The notes below the pieces were generated by a model, which did not search any database, was not told the DNA's origin, and saw nothing but the letters and a program-made list of their open reading frames with translations. Below are positions 9,257 to 19,121 of a stretch of DNA of 64,000 nucleotides, one piece after another; within the stretch, counting starts at the first letter, position 1; each line of letters begins with the position of its first letter. The stretch spans positions 2,880,001-2,944,000 of the forward strand of contig OY970340.1 of assembly GCA_963717465.1 (NCBI GenBank), given 5' to 3'. A program made the position numbers and the translations under genes. The DNA comes from Candidatus Bathyarchaeota archaeon (lineage in GTDB: Archaea; Thermoproteota; Bathyarchaeia; Bathyarchaeales; Bathycorpusculaceae).

Positions 9257-11491
9257 TTGAAAATCTCCGAGTTACCTGTACCCGAACAAGTAAAAGAAAA
9301 ACTTCAAAGCGAAGGCATATCCGAATTGTTCCCTCCGCAAGAAGATACCATACGGGCAGGTGTACTTGAGGGAAGAAACATTGTTTTGGCAAGCCCGACC
9401 GCATCTGGAAAAACTTTGATTGCTGAACTCTGCGGGTTAAAGCATGTACTTGAAAATAACGGAAAAGTGATTTATCTGTCACCTTTGCGGGCGTTGGCAA
9501 GTGAAAAGTTTGAGGAGTTCAGAAAGTACTCTTCTATTGTAAAACAGGATGGCAAAAAGGTTTCAGTTGGAATCAGCACTGGTGATTTTGATACAGCTGA
9601 CACTTGGCTTGAACGCTACGACATAATCGTTACTACGAACGAAAAAGCTGATTCGCTACTGCGGCATAGAGCCAAATGGATGGATGAAATTTCTCTTGTA
9701 ATAGCTGATGAAGTTCATCTGTTAAACGAAGCTGAGCGCGGTCCAACTCTTGAAGTCGTGTTGGCAAGGCTCTTGCAGGTGAATCCCCACATTCAAATTC
9801 TAGCATTGTCAGCCACGATTAACAATGTTGATGAAATAGCAGGTTGGTTAAACGCTAAATTCATAGTTACCGAGTGGCGACCGATTAATCTAAAAGAAGG
9901 AGTAATTCTTCAAGACGAAATCCAATACAAAGATGGCGATTCCCGAAGAATAGACCGAAAAACAAGGCATACGACTGTAAACTTGGTCTTAAACACCATT
10001 AAGAACGGTGGGCAAGCTCTGGTTTTTGCTTCAACAAGAAAAAATTCGGTTTCTGCTTCTAAGACAATTGCAGATCAAATTGATGAGGTACTGAGTAAAC
10101 CGATTAAGCGGTCACTGGAGCATGAAGCCCAAAAGATCTTAGCGGCTGGAGAAAAAACCCAACTGAGTGATGTCCTTGCTGATTTGATACGTCGCGGTAC
10201 TGCTTTTCATCATGCTGGCTTGTCAGGAGTGCACCGCAAGATAGTTGAGGATTCATTTAAAGCTGGAAAAATCAAAGTGCTAACTGCCACGCCTACTTTA
10301 GCTTTTGGGGTTAATCTTCCAGCGAGAATGGTTATTATTCAGGATTACAGGCGTTTTGAGCCAGGTTATGGAAATTATCCTATTAGCGTGTTAGAGTACA
10401 AACAGATGGCGGGCAGAGCGGGAAGACCAAAATACGACAAGTTTGGAGAATCAATACTAATAGCAAAAACATCTGATGAAGCCGATTACTTGATGGAAGG
10501 CTACATTTTAGCGAAACCTGAACGAATTTGGTCCAGGCTGGCGGTAGAAAAAATAATTAGAGGTCACGTATTGGCAACAGTTGCTTCGGATTATGCTCAC
10601 TCAGAAAATGGGATTTACGATTTCTTTGGAAAAACATTCTACGCTTACCAATACGATGTCAAAGCTATAAAAAGCATCATTGCCAAAATCCTCAGATACC
10701 TGTACGATGAGCAAATGATTGATTTAGTCGGAGATGATATTTACGCAACAAAGTTTGGCAAACGCGTTAGCGAATTGTACATTGACCCATTATCAGCTGT
10801 TGCAATTCGAGATGCACTTCAGAATAAGCCGAGCAACTTGACTGACCTTAGTTTACTTCATTTAATTTCGCACACTCCGGATATGGGTCCAATCATTCGA
10901 CCATACGCTCATGAGATTGACGGATTAGCCGTTCAATTGGAGGAGCATCGGCAAGAATTGCTTACAGATGTTCCAAACGAGTGGGATGACCATTTCGCGT
11001 ACGAAGAGTTTCTGGGAGAATTCAAAACTGCAATCGTGATGAAACATTGGATTGAAGAAACCAGCGAAGAAAAATTGATTGAACGGTTCAGCGTTCAGCC
11101 TGGAGATTTGTATAGGACTATTGAGAATGCAAAGTGGCTGCTTCACGCAACGCATGAGTTATCGCCGCTTGTTGGGGGAGAAAAAGAAGTTTCTCATTTG
11201 GCATATGAACTGGTTGAAAGAGTTTCTAAGGGCATAAAGAAGGAACTTTTGCCCATTGTACGATTAGAAGGTGTGGGCAGAGTGCGTGGACGCATAATGT
11301 TCAATGCGGGCTACAAAACAATCGAGGATATAAAACATGCATCAATCGAAGACTTAACCAATTTGCCTCTTGTTGGTCCACGATTGGCTAAAAAAATTAA
11401 GGAGCAAGTCGGCGGCTTCGTAAAAAAAGACGCCTGGGAAAACCTTGATAAAACGGATGAGTGGAAACAAAAATCATTATCAGAATTTTAA
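9257..11491 (+). CDS. hel308: Ski2-like SF2 DNA helicase Hel308/Hjm
   Basis: PTASGKT, DEVH, LSAT, TPTLAFGVNLPA, QMAGRAGRP and a C-terminal HhH region (GVGRVRGR). Confidence 0.95.
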   Translation: MKISELPVPEQVKEKLQSEGISELFPPQEDTIRAGVLEGRNIVLASPTASGKTLIAELCGLKHVLENNGKVIYLSPLRALASEKFEEFRKYSSIVKQDGKKVSVGISTGDFDTADTWLERYDIIVTTNEKADSLLRHRAKWMDEISLVIADEVHLLNEAERGPTLEVVLARLLQVNPHIQILALSATINNVDEIAGWLNAKFIVTEWRPINLKEGVILQDEIQYKDGDSRRIDRKTRHTTVNLVLNTIKNGGQALVFASTRKNSVSASKTIADQIDEVLSKPIKRSLEHEAQKILAAGEKTQLSDVLADLIRRGTAFHHAGLSGVHRKIVEDSFKAGKIKVLTATPTLAFGVNLPARMVIIQDYRRFEPGYGNYPISVLEYKQMAGRAGRPKYDKFGESILIAKTSDEADYLMEGYILAKPERIWSRLAVEKIIRGHVLATVASDYAHSENGIYDFFGKTFYAYQYDVKAIKSIIAKILRYLYDEQMIDLVGDDIYATKFGKRVSELYIDPLSAVAIRDALQNKPSNLTDLSLLHLISHTPDMGPIIRPYAHEIDGLAVQLEEHRQELLTDVPNEWDDHFAYEEFLGEFKTAIVMKHWIEETSEEKLIERFSVQPGDLYRTIENAKWLLHATHELSPLVGGEKEVSHLAYELVERVSKGIKKELLPIVRLEGVGRVRGRIMFNAGYKTIEDIKHASIEDLTNLPLVGPRLAKKIKEQVGGFVKKDAWENLDKTDEWKQKSLSEF

Positions 11492-11557
11492 TCTCCAGCT
11501 AATAAGAAAATCAGCAACTCTCTTGAAAATGTAACTTAATTAAAACTGTTATTGGGA

Positions 11558-11621
11558 GTGAGTGCACCCAAAAATTGTGCGGAAGAGAGAGGGGGTAAAG
11601 GGAGCATTGGGTGCACTTCAC
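11558..11621 (-). other. Stem-loop with 11-bp perfect arms and a 35-nt strand-asymmetric loop (candidate 3'-UTR element or small RNA)
   Basis: agtgcacccaa (11561-11571) pairs with ttgggtgcact (11607-11617). On the minus strand the loop is C/U-rich. Confidence 0.5.
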
Positions 11622-11625
11622 ACGA

Positions 11626-11886
11626 TTATGGGTTTCCTCTATTTTGTCGAATTATGGTGCCGTAGTTTTGTCTTGCTTGAATGTACTGTTTTATCGATTT
11701 TCTATTTCTACGCAGGTCTTGTTTTTGTGTCTTTTTGCTAGTTATGAAGACTGAACCGCCGTTTTTTAGATGCTCCTTGATTTTGCAGAAATTAACCTGC
11801 TTTGCTTCTTGGACTTTAACGCCATCGTTTGCGTTATTATCCAGCAATAATACTTGAAAAACTGCATCTCTTTTGCTGCTTGCCAA
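11626..11886 (-). CDS. Small basic hypothetical protein
   Basis: 86-aa ORF with an AT-rich promoter-like region upstream. Confidence 0.6.
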   Translation of the reverse strand: MASSKRDAVFQVLLLDNNANDGVKVQEAKQVNFCKIKEHLKNGGSVFITSKKTQKQDLRRNRKSIKQYIQARQNYGTIIRQNRGNP

Positions 11887-12048
11887 TTTTCCGACCTATT
11901 ATTGATTAAAATTCTTAATTCATAAATATATGTGACTGGTTAAGGACTACAACAAAATTTTATAATTAGAGAATGAAATTCAAAAATTTTGCTGTCCATT
12001 AAAAAGTTGAAAATTAGCCTTTCCAATCAAAAATTATGGCTTGAAACA

Positions 12049-12861
12049 TTATGGATCGTTAAGTTTTAGTTTCTCACGAATCACTTGACTTTTCTTTGTA
12101 GCTTCTTCGATAGCCCTCATTATTGCTGGCCTGATTTGGCTGTTTTCGATTTGATAGATAGCTTCAATCGTTGTTCCACCTGGAGTTGTTGTCATGTCTT
12201 TTATTTTAGAAGGCTCTTCCTTAAGGTCAATTATAAGTTTGCCTGTTCCCAGAACAGTTTGAGCTGCACTGGTTAACGCTATATTTCGGGGCAAACCAAC
12301 TTTTAATCCAGCGTACATTAAAGCTTCAATTATAATTGAAAGGTACCCTGGTCCACTGCCGCTTAAAGCTGTTATTGCATCCATGTATTTCTCGTCAATC
12401 TCTTGGCTTTCGCCCATCATATCCAGCAGAGTTTTGATTTTCTTTTTGCCTTTTTGGCTTACGTTCTCTTCACAAACATAAGCTGTGTAAGATGCTTGAA
12501 CCAGAGCGCCAAGGTTAGGCATGATACGGATTATCAGGGCTTCGGGCGCATTCTTTTTCAGAAACTTTAAAGGCACAGTAGCAGCAACGGAAACCAACAG
12601 TTTATCCTTGATTTCCCCGCGGATTTCCTTGAGAACTTTTTCGACATCACTCGGCTTAACAGAAATAAATACTATGTCAGCAGTCTCAGCGCTTTTCTTG
12701 TTGTCTGTGGATATTTCAACGCCGAGGTCTTCAAATTCTTTAAGCCTCTCTTGCTGAACATCAACGGCTACTATTTTGCCCTGGTACTTGCCTTTGATTA
12801 GGCTTTTTATTATGGCGCCGCCCATCATTCCTGCGCCGATTACTGTGATTTTATCGTTCAT
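12049..12861 (-). CDS. proC: Pyrroline-5-carboxylate reductase
   Basis: IGAGMMG, SVKP, RIMPN, ALSGSGPGY and TTPGGTT. Confidence 0.96.
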   Translation of the reverse strand: MNDKITVIGAGMMGGAIIKSLIKGKYQGKIVAVDVQQERLKEFEDLGVEISTDNKKSAETADIVFISVKPSDVEKVLKEIRGEIKDKLLVSVAATVPLKFLKKNAPEALIIRIMPNLGALVQASYTAYVCEENVSQKGKKKIKTLLDMMGESQEIDEKYMDAITALSGSGPGYLSIIIEALMYAGLKVGLPRNIALTSAAQTVLGTGKLIIDLKEEPSKIKDMTTTPGGTTIEAIYQIENSQIRPAIMRAIEEATKKSQVIREKLKLNDP

Positions 12862-12926
12862 GTTGTTTCACTTTATTGATTTAAGGACTGATGACTTTGC
12901 ATTTTAAACTTTTGTTATACTCTAAA

Positions 12927-14171
12927 TCAAGACAGGTTAGACTTTTTGTTTGGTTGGTCTTTCAATGCTTCTTTGAGAAGTTTACTTATCGTTTGTGCCG
13001 GAGCGTCGGTTTTTATGCCTCTTGAGTTAAAATGTGTTTGGACAGCTTTGAACCCGTGACCTCTAAGCACTTCGAGAACTCGATCTATGGACGGCGTAGG
13101 TAAACCCTGTTTCCCACTTAATTTGTCGACGACAAAATAAGTAATGGGTGCGTCTGCTTCATTCTTGGCTGCTGTAAGCAGTTTTTCGATTTTACTGCTG
13201 CCTTTAAACGCTATTCTCGAGTTCTCAATAAGCATCGATTCGCAAAACGTTGCATCGAAAATTTTTCCTATCCACAAGGGCCCAGCATAATCCATTTTTG
13301 CTCCACATTCAGGACACTGCTCAATGCGCTTGTCGAAAGGGTTTCGTGATGTTTCTCTGTGCATACAGTTGAAGCAGTGAAGAATAAAGCCCAAGTTTTT
13401 TAGGCTTTCATCAGCTTTTTTTGCCCCATACGATATTTGGGAGTAAGCTCGAATGTAATGGTCACTGCTATGACAAAAAACGGGGTTTATGCCGATATCA
13501 TGTTTTGCCGCTAATACAGCCGTGCATCCAAATAGTAAGCGGACTGCAAGCTCGTGACAGTACTCAGATCTTAACGGTTTACCGCCGTACTTTCTAATGC
13601 AGGCTTTAGCGTGTACACCGCAGAGCGGAGCAAGATCAGTGGCTGTTGATGCTAACAAGCCATGGTTGCGGAGCGCCATCACCGCTGAAGACAAGTATGG
13701 CACGGGTGTGCCAAATGGATCTAAATCCACGATGTCGAACCTTTTTTTGGGCGAAGCATAACAACTTAGGAGGCAATTTGCTTCTTTATGCTTCACTGCC
13801 ACTAGTTTTTCAAGATGATTTAGTTGCACGTTGTATTGGGCAAGTTTGTATGCTTGTTCATTAATGTCTCCGATTAGAATTTTTTTTACGTCTTTGATTT
13901 CAACTGCATACCGTACGCCGCTTATTCCTTGGCTGGTTAATGGCTCGCAAATTGAAATTTCTCTGTTGATCATTCGTTGGTAAGCTTGAAATGCTAAGAC
14001 TGATAGGTCACGGTTGAACTCCATGACTGGATTGTAGAACACGGGTGCCCTAGAAGGCGCATAATCTGAAGGTGTGACACCATAAGCTTCAAGTTTGGGG
14101 ACTACGACGCTTACTTTTCCTTCCTTGATCACTTCATTGGGAAAATCTGGCTTATAGTTTTCTTTATTCAT
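12927..14171 (-). CDS. trm1: tRNA (guanine26-N2)-dimethyltransferase
   Basis: PVFYNPVMEFNRDLS, DLDPFGTP, TATDLAPLCG, Zn ribbon CFNC..CPECG and GPLWIG. Confidence 0.95.
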   Translation of the reverse strand: MNKENYKPDFPNEVIKEGKVSVVVPKLEAYGVTPSDYAPSRAPVFYNPVMEFNRDLSVLAFQAYQRMINREISICEPLTSQGISGVRYAVEIKDVKKILIGDINEQAYKLAQYNVQLNHLEKLVAVKHKEANCLLSCYASPKKRFDIVDLDPFGTPVPYLSSAVMALRNHGLLASTATDLAPLCGVHAKACIRKYGGKPLRSEYCHELAVRLLFGCTAVLAAKHDIGINPVFCHSSDHYIRAYSQISYGAKKADESLKNLGFILHCFNCMHRETSRNPFDKRIEQCPECGAKMDYAGPLWIGKIFDATFCESMLIENSRIAFKGSSKIEKLLTAAKNEADAPITYFVVDKLSGKQGLPTPSIDRVLEVLRGHGFKAVQTHFNSRGIKTDAPAQTISKLLKEALKDQPNKKSNLS

Positions 14172-14243
14172 TATTGAGCCTTGTTTTGATATGGAAAATA
14201 TTCATAACGGATATTAGACTTCTGGTTCATCCAGGCGTTAGTC

Positions 14244-14784
14244 ATGTCAAAGCGAGTGTTACTTATAACAGGCAATCCCGGGATTGGAAAAACCACCCTA
14301 ATCATTAAAGTAGTCGATGCCCTCAAAAAAGAGCAGGTTAATGTTGGCGGCATGGTAAGCCGAGAAGTTCGAGAGGACAATGTTCGAGTTGGATTTGAAT
14401 TAACTGACTTGAACAGTCTAAAGCGTGGTTGGCTTGCCCACGTAAACGAGAAAAGCAAAGCGAAAGTTGGCAAATACTATGTCAACATTGAAGACTTAGA
14501 CAATATTGGAACGCAAGGCTATTGCTTATGCCACAGAAAATTGTGATGTAATAGCCATAGATGAGATTGGACCTATGGAGCTATTTTCCCAAAAGTTTAA
14601 GCAAGCAGTTAGACAGGCGTTGAATAGCGAAAAACTGGTTTTAGCGGTTGTTCACGGAAAAGCTCATGACACACTTATAGTTGAGGCAAAGAAACGAGAA
14701 GACACTGAAACATTCACGGTTACCATGAACAACAGGAATAGTTTACCTGAAGAACTAACCAAAAAAGCCTTAAAAACTCTTTAA
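14244..14784 (+). CDS. Nucleoside-triphosphatase, THEP1/NTPase_1 family (one frameshift near 14515)
   Basis: ITGNPGIGKTT, RVGF and VGKYYV, then IDEIGPMEL in the second frame. Confidence 0.9.
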
Positions 14785-14803
14785 CCAAGCCATCCAAAAT
14801 TAT

Positions 14804-14941
14804 TCAATGAATCTCTTTGAAAGTTGAGTTGCATTTTGGACAATAGTAAACCGCAATGACAAAGAATTGATTTTCAAATTTCTTGCAGAGTTTAGCAACT
14901 TTATTCCCACAGTTAGGACAAGCGACCACGTTAGGCAACAT
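14804..14941 (-). CDS. 45-aa CPxCG-type zinc-ribbon microprotein (absent from the ORF track)
   Basis: Translated by hand: MLPNVVACPNCGNKVAKLCKKFENQFFVIAVYYCPKCNSTFKEIH. It has two CxxC pairs and an AT-rich element upstream. Confidence 0.7.
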   Translation of the reverse strand: MLPNVVACPNCGNKVAKLCKKFENQFFVIAVYYCPKCNSTFKEIH

Positions 14942-15106
14942 TTACGGTCGTTAATGCGAAAAAACTATTAAAGACTTTGTTGTCTCATTGTGCCACAACA
15001 AAATTTAACCCAAAATGACAAAACAAGCCATCTTACGGTCTTAAGCGTAACAAAACTATTTATTAAGTCACTGCATTTTCAGTTAGTTTGTAACGGAGCT
15101 TAAGAA

Positions 15107-16393
15107 ATGAAGGCATTCATAATTCAATTTCCATTCGGAGTTGCGGCATTTGATGAAAAAAACGTTTTAGTGGAAAAGGTTCTATTTCCCAAAAAGCCTC
15201 AAGCCGCAGCTCGAAGCTTACTTAAAACTGAATCCGGAAAAATATCGGACGAGGTTTTTTCCCTGGTCACCCTGCTTAAGAATGTTGGATTCGACATTTT
15301 TACCTTTGAAAACCAAAACTTAGCTGCAGAGATTCAAAGAAAAACAAATGTTTCAGTTGAAGTCGCTAAACCTGCTGAAAGTGAAATTCTACGCGGAAAA
15401 ATGAGTCAAATTGCCATCGAAACCAATTTTGTTCAAGACCAGCAAGAACTCAATCTTTGGACTCGCAACGTTAGCATGGAACTTGCGAAACTTCGAATCA
15501 AAGGCGCATCGGAAAAAAGAGATTTAATCGTTGCTCAAGCCATTCAAACACTGGACGATTTAGATAGAACCGTTAACTTGTTCATGGGAAGACTTAGAGA
15601 ATGGTACGGAGTGTACTATCCAGAACTTGACCGTTTAGTGGAAAAGCATGAAACTTACAGTAGACTTGTCTTAAACCTTGGTTATAAAGAAAATTATACC
15701 CAAGAGAACTTGGAGAAGGAAAACATTCCTCAGGAAAGGGCTCAATTAATCGCTAAAGCCGCTGAAGTCTCTATGGGTGCAGACATTGCAGAGCAAGACC
15801 TGAGTCAGATTCAAGCATTGGGCAGAAACGTGCTTGAGATGTATGAGTTACGCAAAAACATGGAAAATTACTTGGACAAGACTATGGAGGAGTTAGCTCC
15901 GAACACTCGTGCAGTTGCAGGAGCACTTCTTGGTGCACGGTTAATCGCTATTGCTGGAAGCCTGCAGAACTTGGCTATGCGGCCTGCAAGTACAATTCAA
16001 GTTTTAGGAGCTGAAAAAGCTCTCTTTCGCTCGCTGAAAACAGGTGCAAGACCACCAAAACACGGCTTAATCTTCCAGCATACCCTACTTCATGATGCTA
16101 AACGTTGGCAAAGAGGAAAAATAGCTAGAGTAATCGCTGGAAAACTAGCCATAGCTGCAAGAGCAGACGCCTTCGGAGGAAACTTCATAGCTGACAAACT
16201 GAAAGAAGACATTGACAAACGCGTAGAAGAAATACGTGAAAAATACAAGGAACCTCCGCCACCGAAGGAAAAGAAACCTGAACGTGAAAGATTCGAAAAA
16301 CGAAGGGAAGAGTACAGACCACGCGAACGTGACCATGGCGGAAGAAGGCGTGATCGAAACCGGAGAAAAGACAATCGTGCACGTCAGAGTTAA
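15107..16393 (+). CDS. nop5: C/D box RNP core protein Nop5 (Nop56/58)
   Basis: RLREWYG..PEL, PASTIQVLGAEKALF, PPKHGLIFQH, RGKIAR and a K/R/E-rich tail. Confidence 0.96.
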   Translation: MKAFIIQFPFGVAAFDEKNVLVEKVLFPKKPQAAARSLLKTESGKISDEVFSLVTLLKNVGFDIFTFENQNLAAEIQRKTNVSVEVAKPAESEILRGKMSQIAIETNFVQDQQELNLWTRNVSMELAKLRIKGASEKRDLIVAQAIQTLDDLDRTVNLFMGRLREWYGVYYPELDRLVEKHETYSRLVLNLGYKENYTQENLEKENIPQERAQLIAKAAEVSMGADIAEQDLSQIQALGRNVLEMYELRKNMENYLDKTMEELAPNTRAVAGALLGARLIAIAGSLQNLAMRPASTIQVLGAEKALFRSLKTGARPPKHGLIFQHTLLHDAKRWQRGKIARVIAGKLAIAARADAFGGNFIADKLKEDIDKRVEEIREKYKEPPPPKEKKPERERFEKRREEYRPRERDHGGRRRDRNRRKDNRARQS

Positions 16394-17138
16394 GCCACAT
16401 CCAAAGTTTAAGGAAATTTACATAGTTACCCTTGAAGATGGCGCAACGCGTTTAGCGACTCGTAATCTTACACCTGGCTTAAATGTATACGGCGAACGCT
16501 TAATCAAGTTTGAAAAAAGCGAATACCGCCTTTGGGATGCTTTCAGAAGCAAACTGGCGGCATCAATACTTAGAGGCGTACAGAATGTCCCCATTGAACC
16601 AGAAGGAAAGATTCTATATTTAGGCGCAGCATCAGGAACCACAGCAAGCCATGTTTCAGACATTATCGGCGACAAAGGCTACGTTTACTGCGTGGAATTT
16701 GCTTCTCGATCAATCCGTGATTTAGTCAACAATGTTGCAGCGTACAGATCAAATATTTCCCCCTTGCTTGAAGATGCAAGATTGCCAGAAAAATACGCAA
16801 TGTTCATTTCTGGAAAAGTAGACACAATTTACTGCGATGTAGCTCAACCCGAACAAGCTAAACTGCTTGCAGACAACGCCGACGTATTCCTAAAAACTTC
16901 CGGCTGGGCAATGTTAGCTGTAAAATCTCAAAGCATAGACGTAACGATGGACCCAGCTGAAGTTTACCAGATGGAAGCTAAAGTCTTAAGGAACAGAGGT
17001 TTCAACGTTAAAGAAGTTGTACGACTAGAACCGTACGATAAAGCACATGCAATGATTGTTCTCAGCGCTAGCCCAAACGGCAGTAGCAAAAATACCTCAT
17101 TTATTTATTTGATCGGACATTGTTTTCAAATTAAGTAA
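16377..17138 (+). CDS. flpA: Fibrillarin-like rRNA/tRNA 2'-O-methyltransferase (start probably GTG 16377; true stop may be near 17071)
   Basis: VYGE, YRLWDAFRSKLAA, LYLGAASGTTASHVSD, DVAQPEQA and LEPYDKAH; overlaps the nop5 stop. Confidence 0.95.
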   Translation: MHVRVKPHPKFKEIYIVTLEDGATRLATRNLTPGLNVYGERLIKFEKSEYRLWDAFRSKLAASILRGVQNVPIEPEGKILYLGAASGTTASHVSDIIGDKGYVYCVEFASRSIRDLVNNVAAYRSNISPLLEDARLPEKYAMFISGKVDTIYCDVAQPEQAKLLADNADVFLKTSGWAMLAVKSQSIDVTMDPAEVYQMEAKVLRNRGFNVKEVVRLEPYDKAHAMIVLSASPNGSSKNTSFIYLIGHCFQIK

Positions 17139-17140
17139 GT

Positions 17141-17572
17141 TTAACGTTTTTTAGCTTGTTCATCCAACGTTTTATTGACTAGTTTGTCGGCTTTTTGAAT
17201 TTGATTGTTGCTTCGAGGCACGTTAACAAAACTGATTTTTTTAAAACACTTTTTTAACTCTTGGACTTTATCAAATAGTTCTTTTAACTCCTGATTCTTA
17301 ACTTGGTATTCACCGTTTAATTGCTTGGCAACTAATTCACTGTCAAGGTGGCAGATTACTTCTTGTGCTTTAACCTTGCATGCATACTCTAATACCCATA
17401 TTAAGGCTTCATACTCAGCTTGATTGTTTGTGTGATTTCCAACAAAGCATGAATTTGAATCTAAGAGTACATGCCCTTGAGTTAATGCTACGTAAGCTAT
17501 AGCTGATGGCCCAGGGTTTCCTCTTGCGCCTCCATCTGAAAAAACTAGAAGCTTATCGATCAAATTGTTCAA
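17141..17572 (-). CDS. rnhA: Ribonuclease HI
   Basis: FSDGGARGNPGP, TNNQAEYEAL, DSELVAKQLNGEY, VPR and ADKLVN. Confidence 0.92.
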   Translation of the reverse strand: MNNLIDKLLVFSDGGARGNPGPSAIAYVALTQGHVLLDSNSCFVGNHTNNQAEYEALIWVLEYACKVKAQEVICHLDSELVAKQLNGEYQVKNQELKELFDKVQELKKCFKKISFVNVPRSNNQIQKADKLVNKTLDEQAKKR

Positions 17573-17693
17573 TCCTGAAGTTTTTGATATTCAAGCTGGC
17601 AAACCGCGAATTGCTTGTGGTTGTACATTTACAACAACAATTATTTAAGAACTTGGAAACCCAACTTCCCTTCGAAAGGGGAAAACTAATAGA

Positions 17694-18041
17694 TTGAAGA
17701 GCAGTACGATTGAATCCTCGAAGTTTAACGCGCATAAGGCTCAATTCACCTTTCAAAAGCACGCGTTTCAAAAGCAGGGTAAATGGAAAGGGAAAAAAAA
17801 TCCTAAAAGAGGACAGCTTGATATTATCGCTACGATTCTATATTTCTGCGAGGAACAAAAAACTAAAACTAGTATAATGTACAATGCGAACCTCAATTAC
17901 TCGCAATTAAAAAAACACATAGTCAAATTGACAAAGCAAGGCTTGCTTTTAAAGAATGGTGATAAATATGTTACTTCAGCAAAAGGACTTCGATTTCTTG
18001 AATTATTCAGCGAACTGAATGATATTCTTGAAAAAACCTAA
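17694..18041 (+). CDS. Winged-helix transcriptional regulator (HTH_45/ArnR1-like); start uncertain
   Basis: KRGQLDIIATIL..KTSIMYNANLNYSQLKK..YVTSAKGLRFL. Confidence 0.8.
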   Translation: MKSSTIESSKFNAHKAQFTFQKHAFQKQGKWKGKKNPKRGQLDIIATILYFCEEQKTKTSIMYNANLNYSQLKKHIVKLTKQGLLLKNGDKYVTSAKGLRFLELFSELNDILEKT

Positions 18042-18150
18042 TTCAAAAACTTTATAGCCTTAAGTAGTTTGCTCGCCTGCTCCATAAGTATTAAATAGTA
18101 AAGCATTCGTATTAACGAACGTTTTACGAGTTTTAGACGGAGAGAAAGAA

Positions 18151-19071
18151 ATGGTACTTATAACAAATAAGGATTTAATGGTGCCAGCCAGAAAAAACGG
18201 TTATGCAATAGGTGCATTTAATGTACAAAACCTTGAAAGCATGTCTGCTGTTGTAGAAGCAGCAGTAGAAGAAAAGTCTCCAGCAATTCTACAAATAACG
18301 CCAAGCGCCATCAAATATGCTAATTTAGACTACATTACAAGCTTAGTAAAAACAGCCGCTAAACTTGCTCCCGTGCCATTATCAATGCATCTTGATCATG
18401 GAGATGACTATGACATAGCAGAAAAATGTGTGAATGCAGGTTTTACTTCCGTGATGATTGACGGGTCATTTCTCAAGTTTGAAGAAAACATCGAACTTAC
18501 CAAACGAGTTGTAAAGGTTGCTCATCTAAAAGGGGTTTCAGTTGAAGCTGAACTTGGAAGACTCGCTGGAGTCGAAGAACGTAGCGTTGAAGAAAAAGAA
18601 GCCATCCTAACCGACCCGCAAAACGCGGTGGAATTCGTAAGTAGAACAGACGTTGATGCACTGGCTGTTGCAATCGGCACTTCGCATGGTGCTTACAAGT
18701 TTAAAAGCCAAGCGAAACTTGACCTGGAAAGACTAAAAATTATCAGCCAAAAAATAAGTATTCCACTTGTACTTCATGGCGCCTCAAGTGTACCCGCTTG
18801 GACGCTGGAAAAAGCAACCAAGTACGGTGCAGTATTAGATGGAGCCAAGGGAGTTTCAGAAGACCAGATTACCCAAGCAATCAAGCTAGGCATAGCAAAA
18901 ATTAATATCGACACTGATCTGCGTTTAGCTTTTACAGGGGCAATTCGTGAAGTTTTGGTTAATTCGCCGAAAGAATTTGATCCAAGAAAAATACTGGGTC
19001 CAGCTAAGGACGCAATGAAGCAGATCGTTAAAGGAAAAATGGTTCTGTTCGGTAGCTCAGGAAAAGCTTGA
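18151..19071 (+). CDS. fba: Class II (Zn) fructose-bisphosphate aldolase
   Basis: YAIGAFN, HLDHG, SVMIDGS, VEAELG, AIGTSHGAYK, LVLHGASS and KINIDTD. Confidence 0.95.
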   Translation: MVLITNKDLMVPARKNGYAIGAFNVQNLESMSAVVEAAVEEKSPAILQITPSAIKYANLDYITSLVKTAAKLAPVPLSMHLDHGDDYDIAEKCVNAGFTSVMIDGSFLKFEENIELTKRVVKVAHLKGVSVEAELGRLAGVEERSVEEKEAILTDPQNAVEFVSRTDVDALAVAIGTSHGAYKFKSQAKLDLERLKIISQKISIPLVLHGASSVPAWTLEKATKYGAVLDGAKGVSEDQITQAIKLGIAKINIDTDLRLAFTGAIREVLVNSPKEFDPRKILGPAKDAMKQIVKGKMVLFGSSGKA

Positions 19072-19121
19072 GCCACCGCTGATTTTTTTGTTTTTGCAGC
19101 TTCCACTATTTTGCGTTAAGA

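Noticed and set aside
16236..16376. N-terminal extension of fibrillarin
   Set aside because: It is an alternative frame of the nop5 charged tail. Family similarity starts near GTG 16377.
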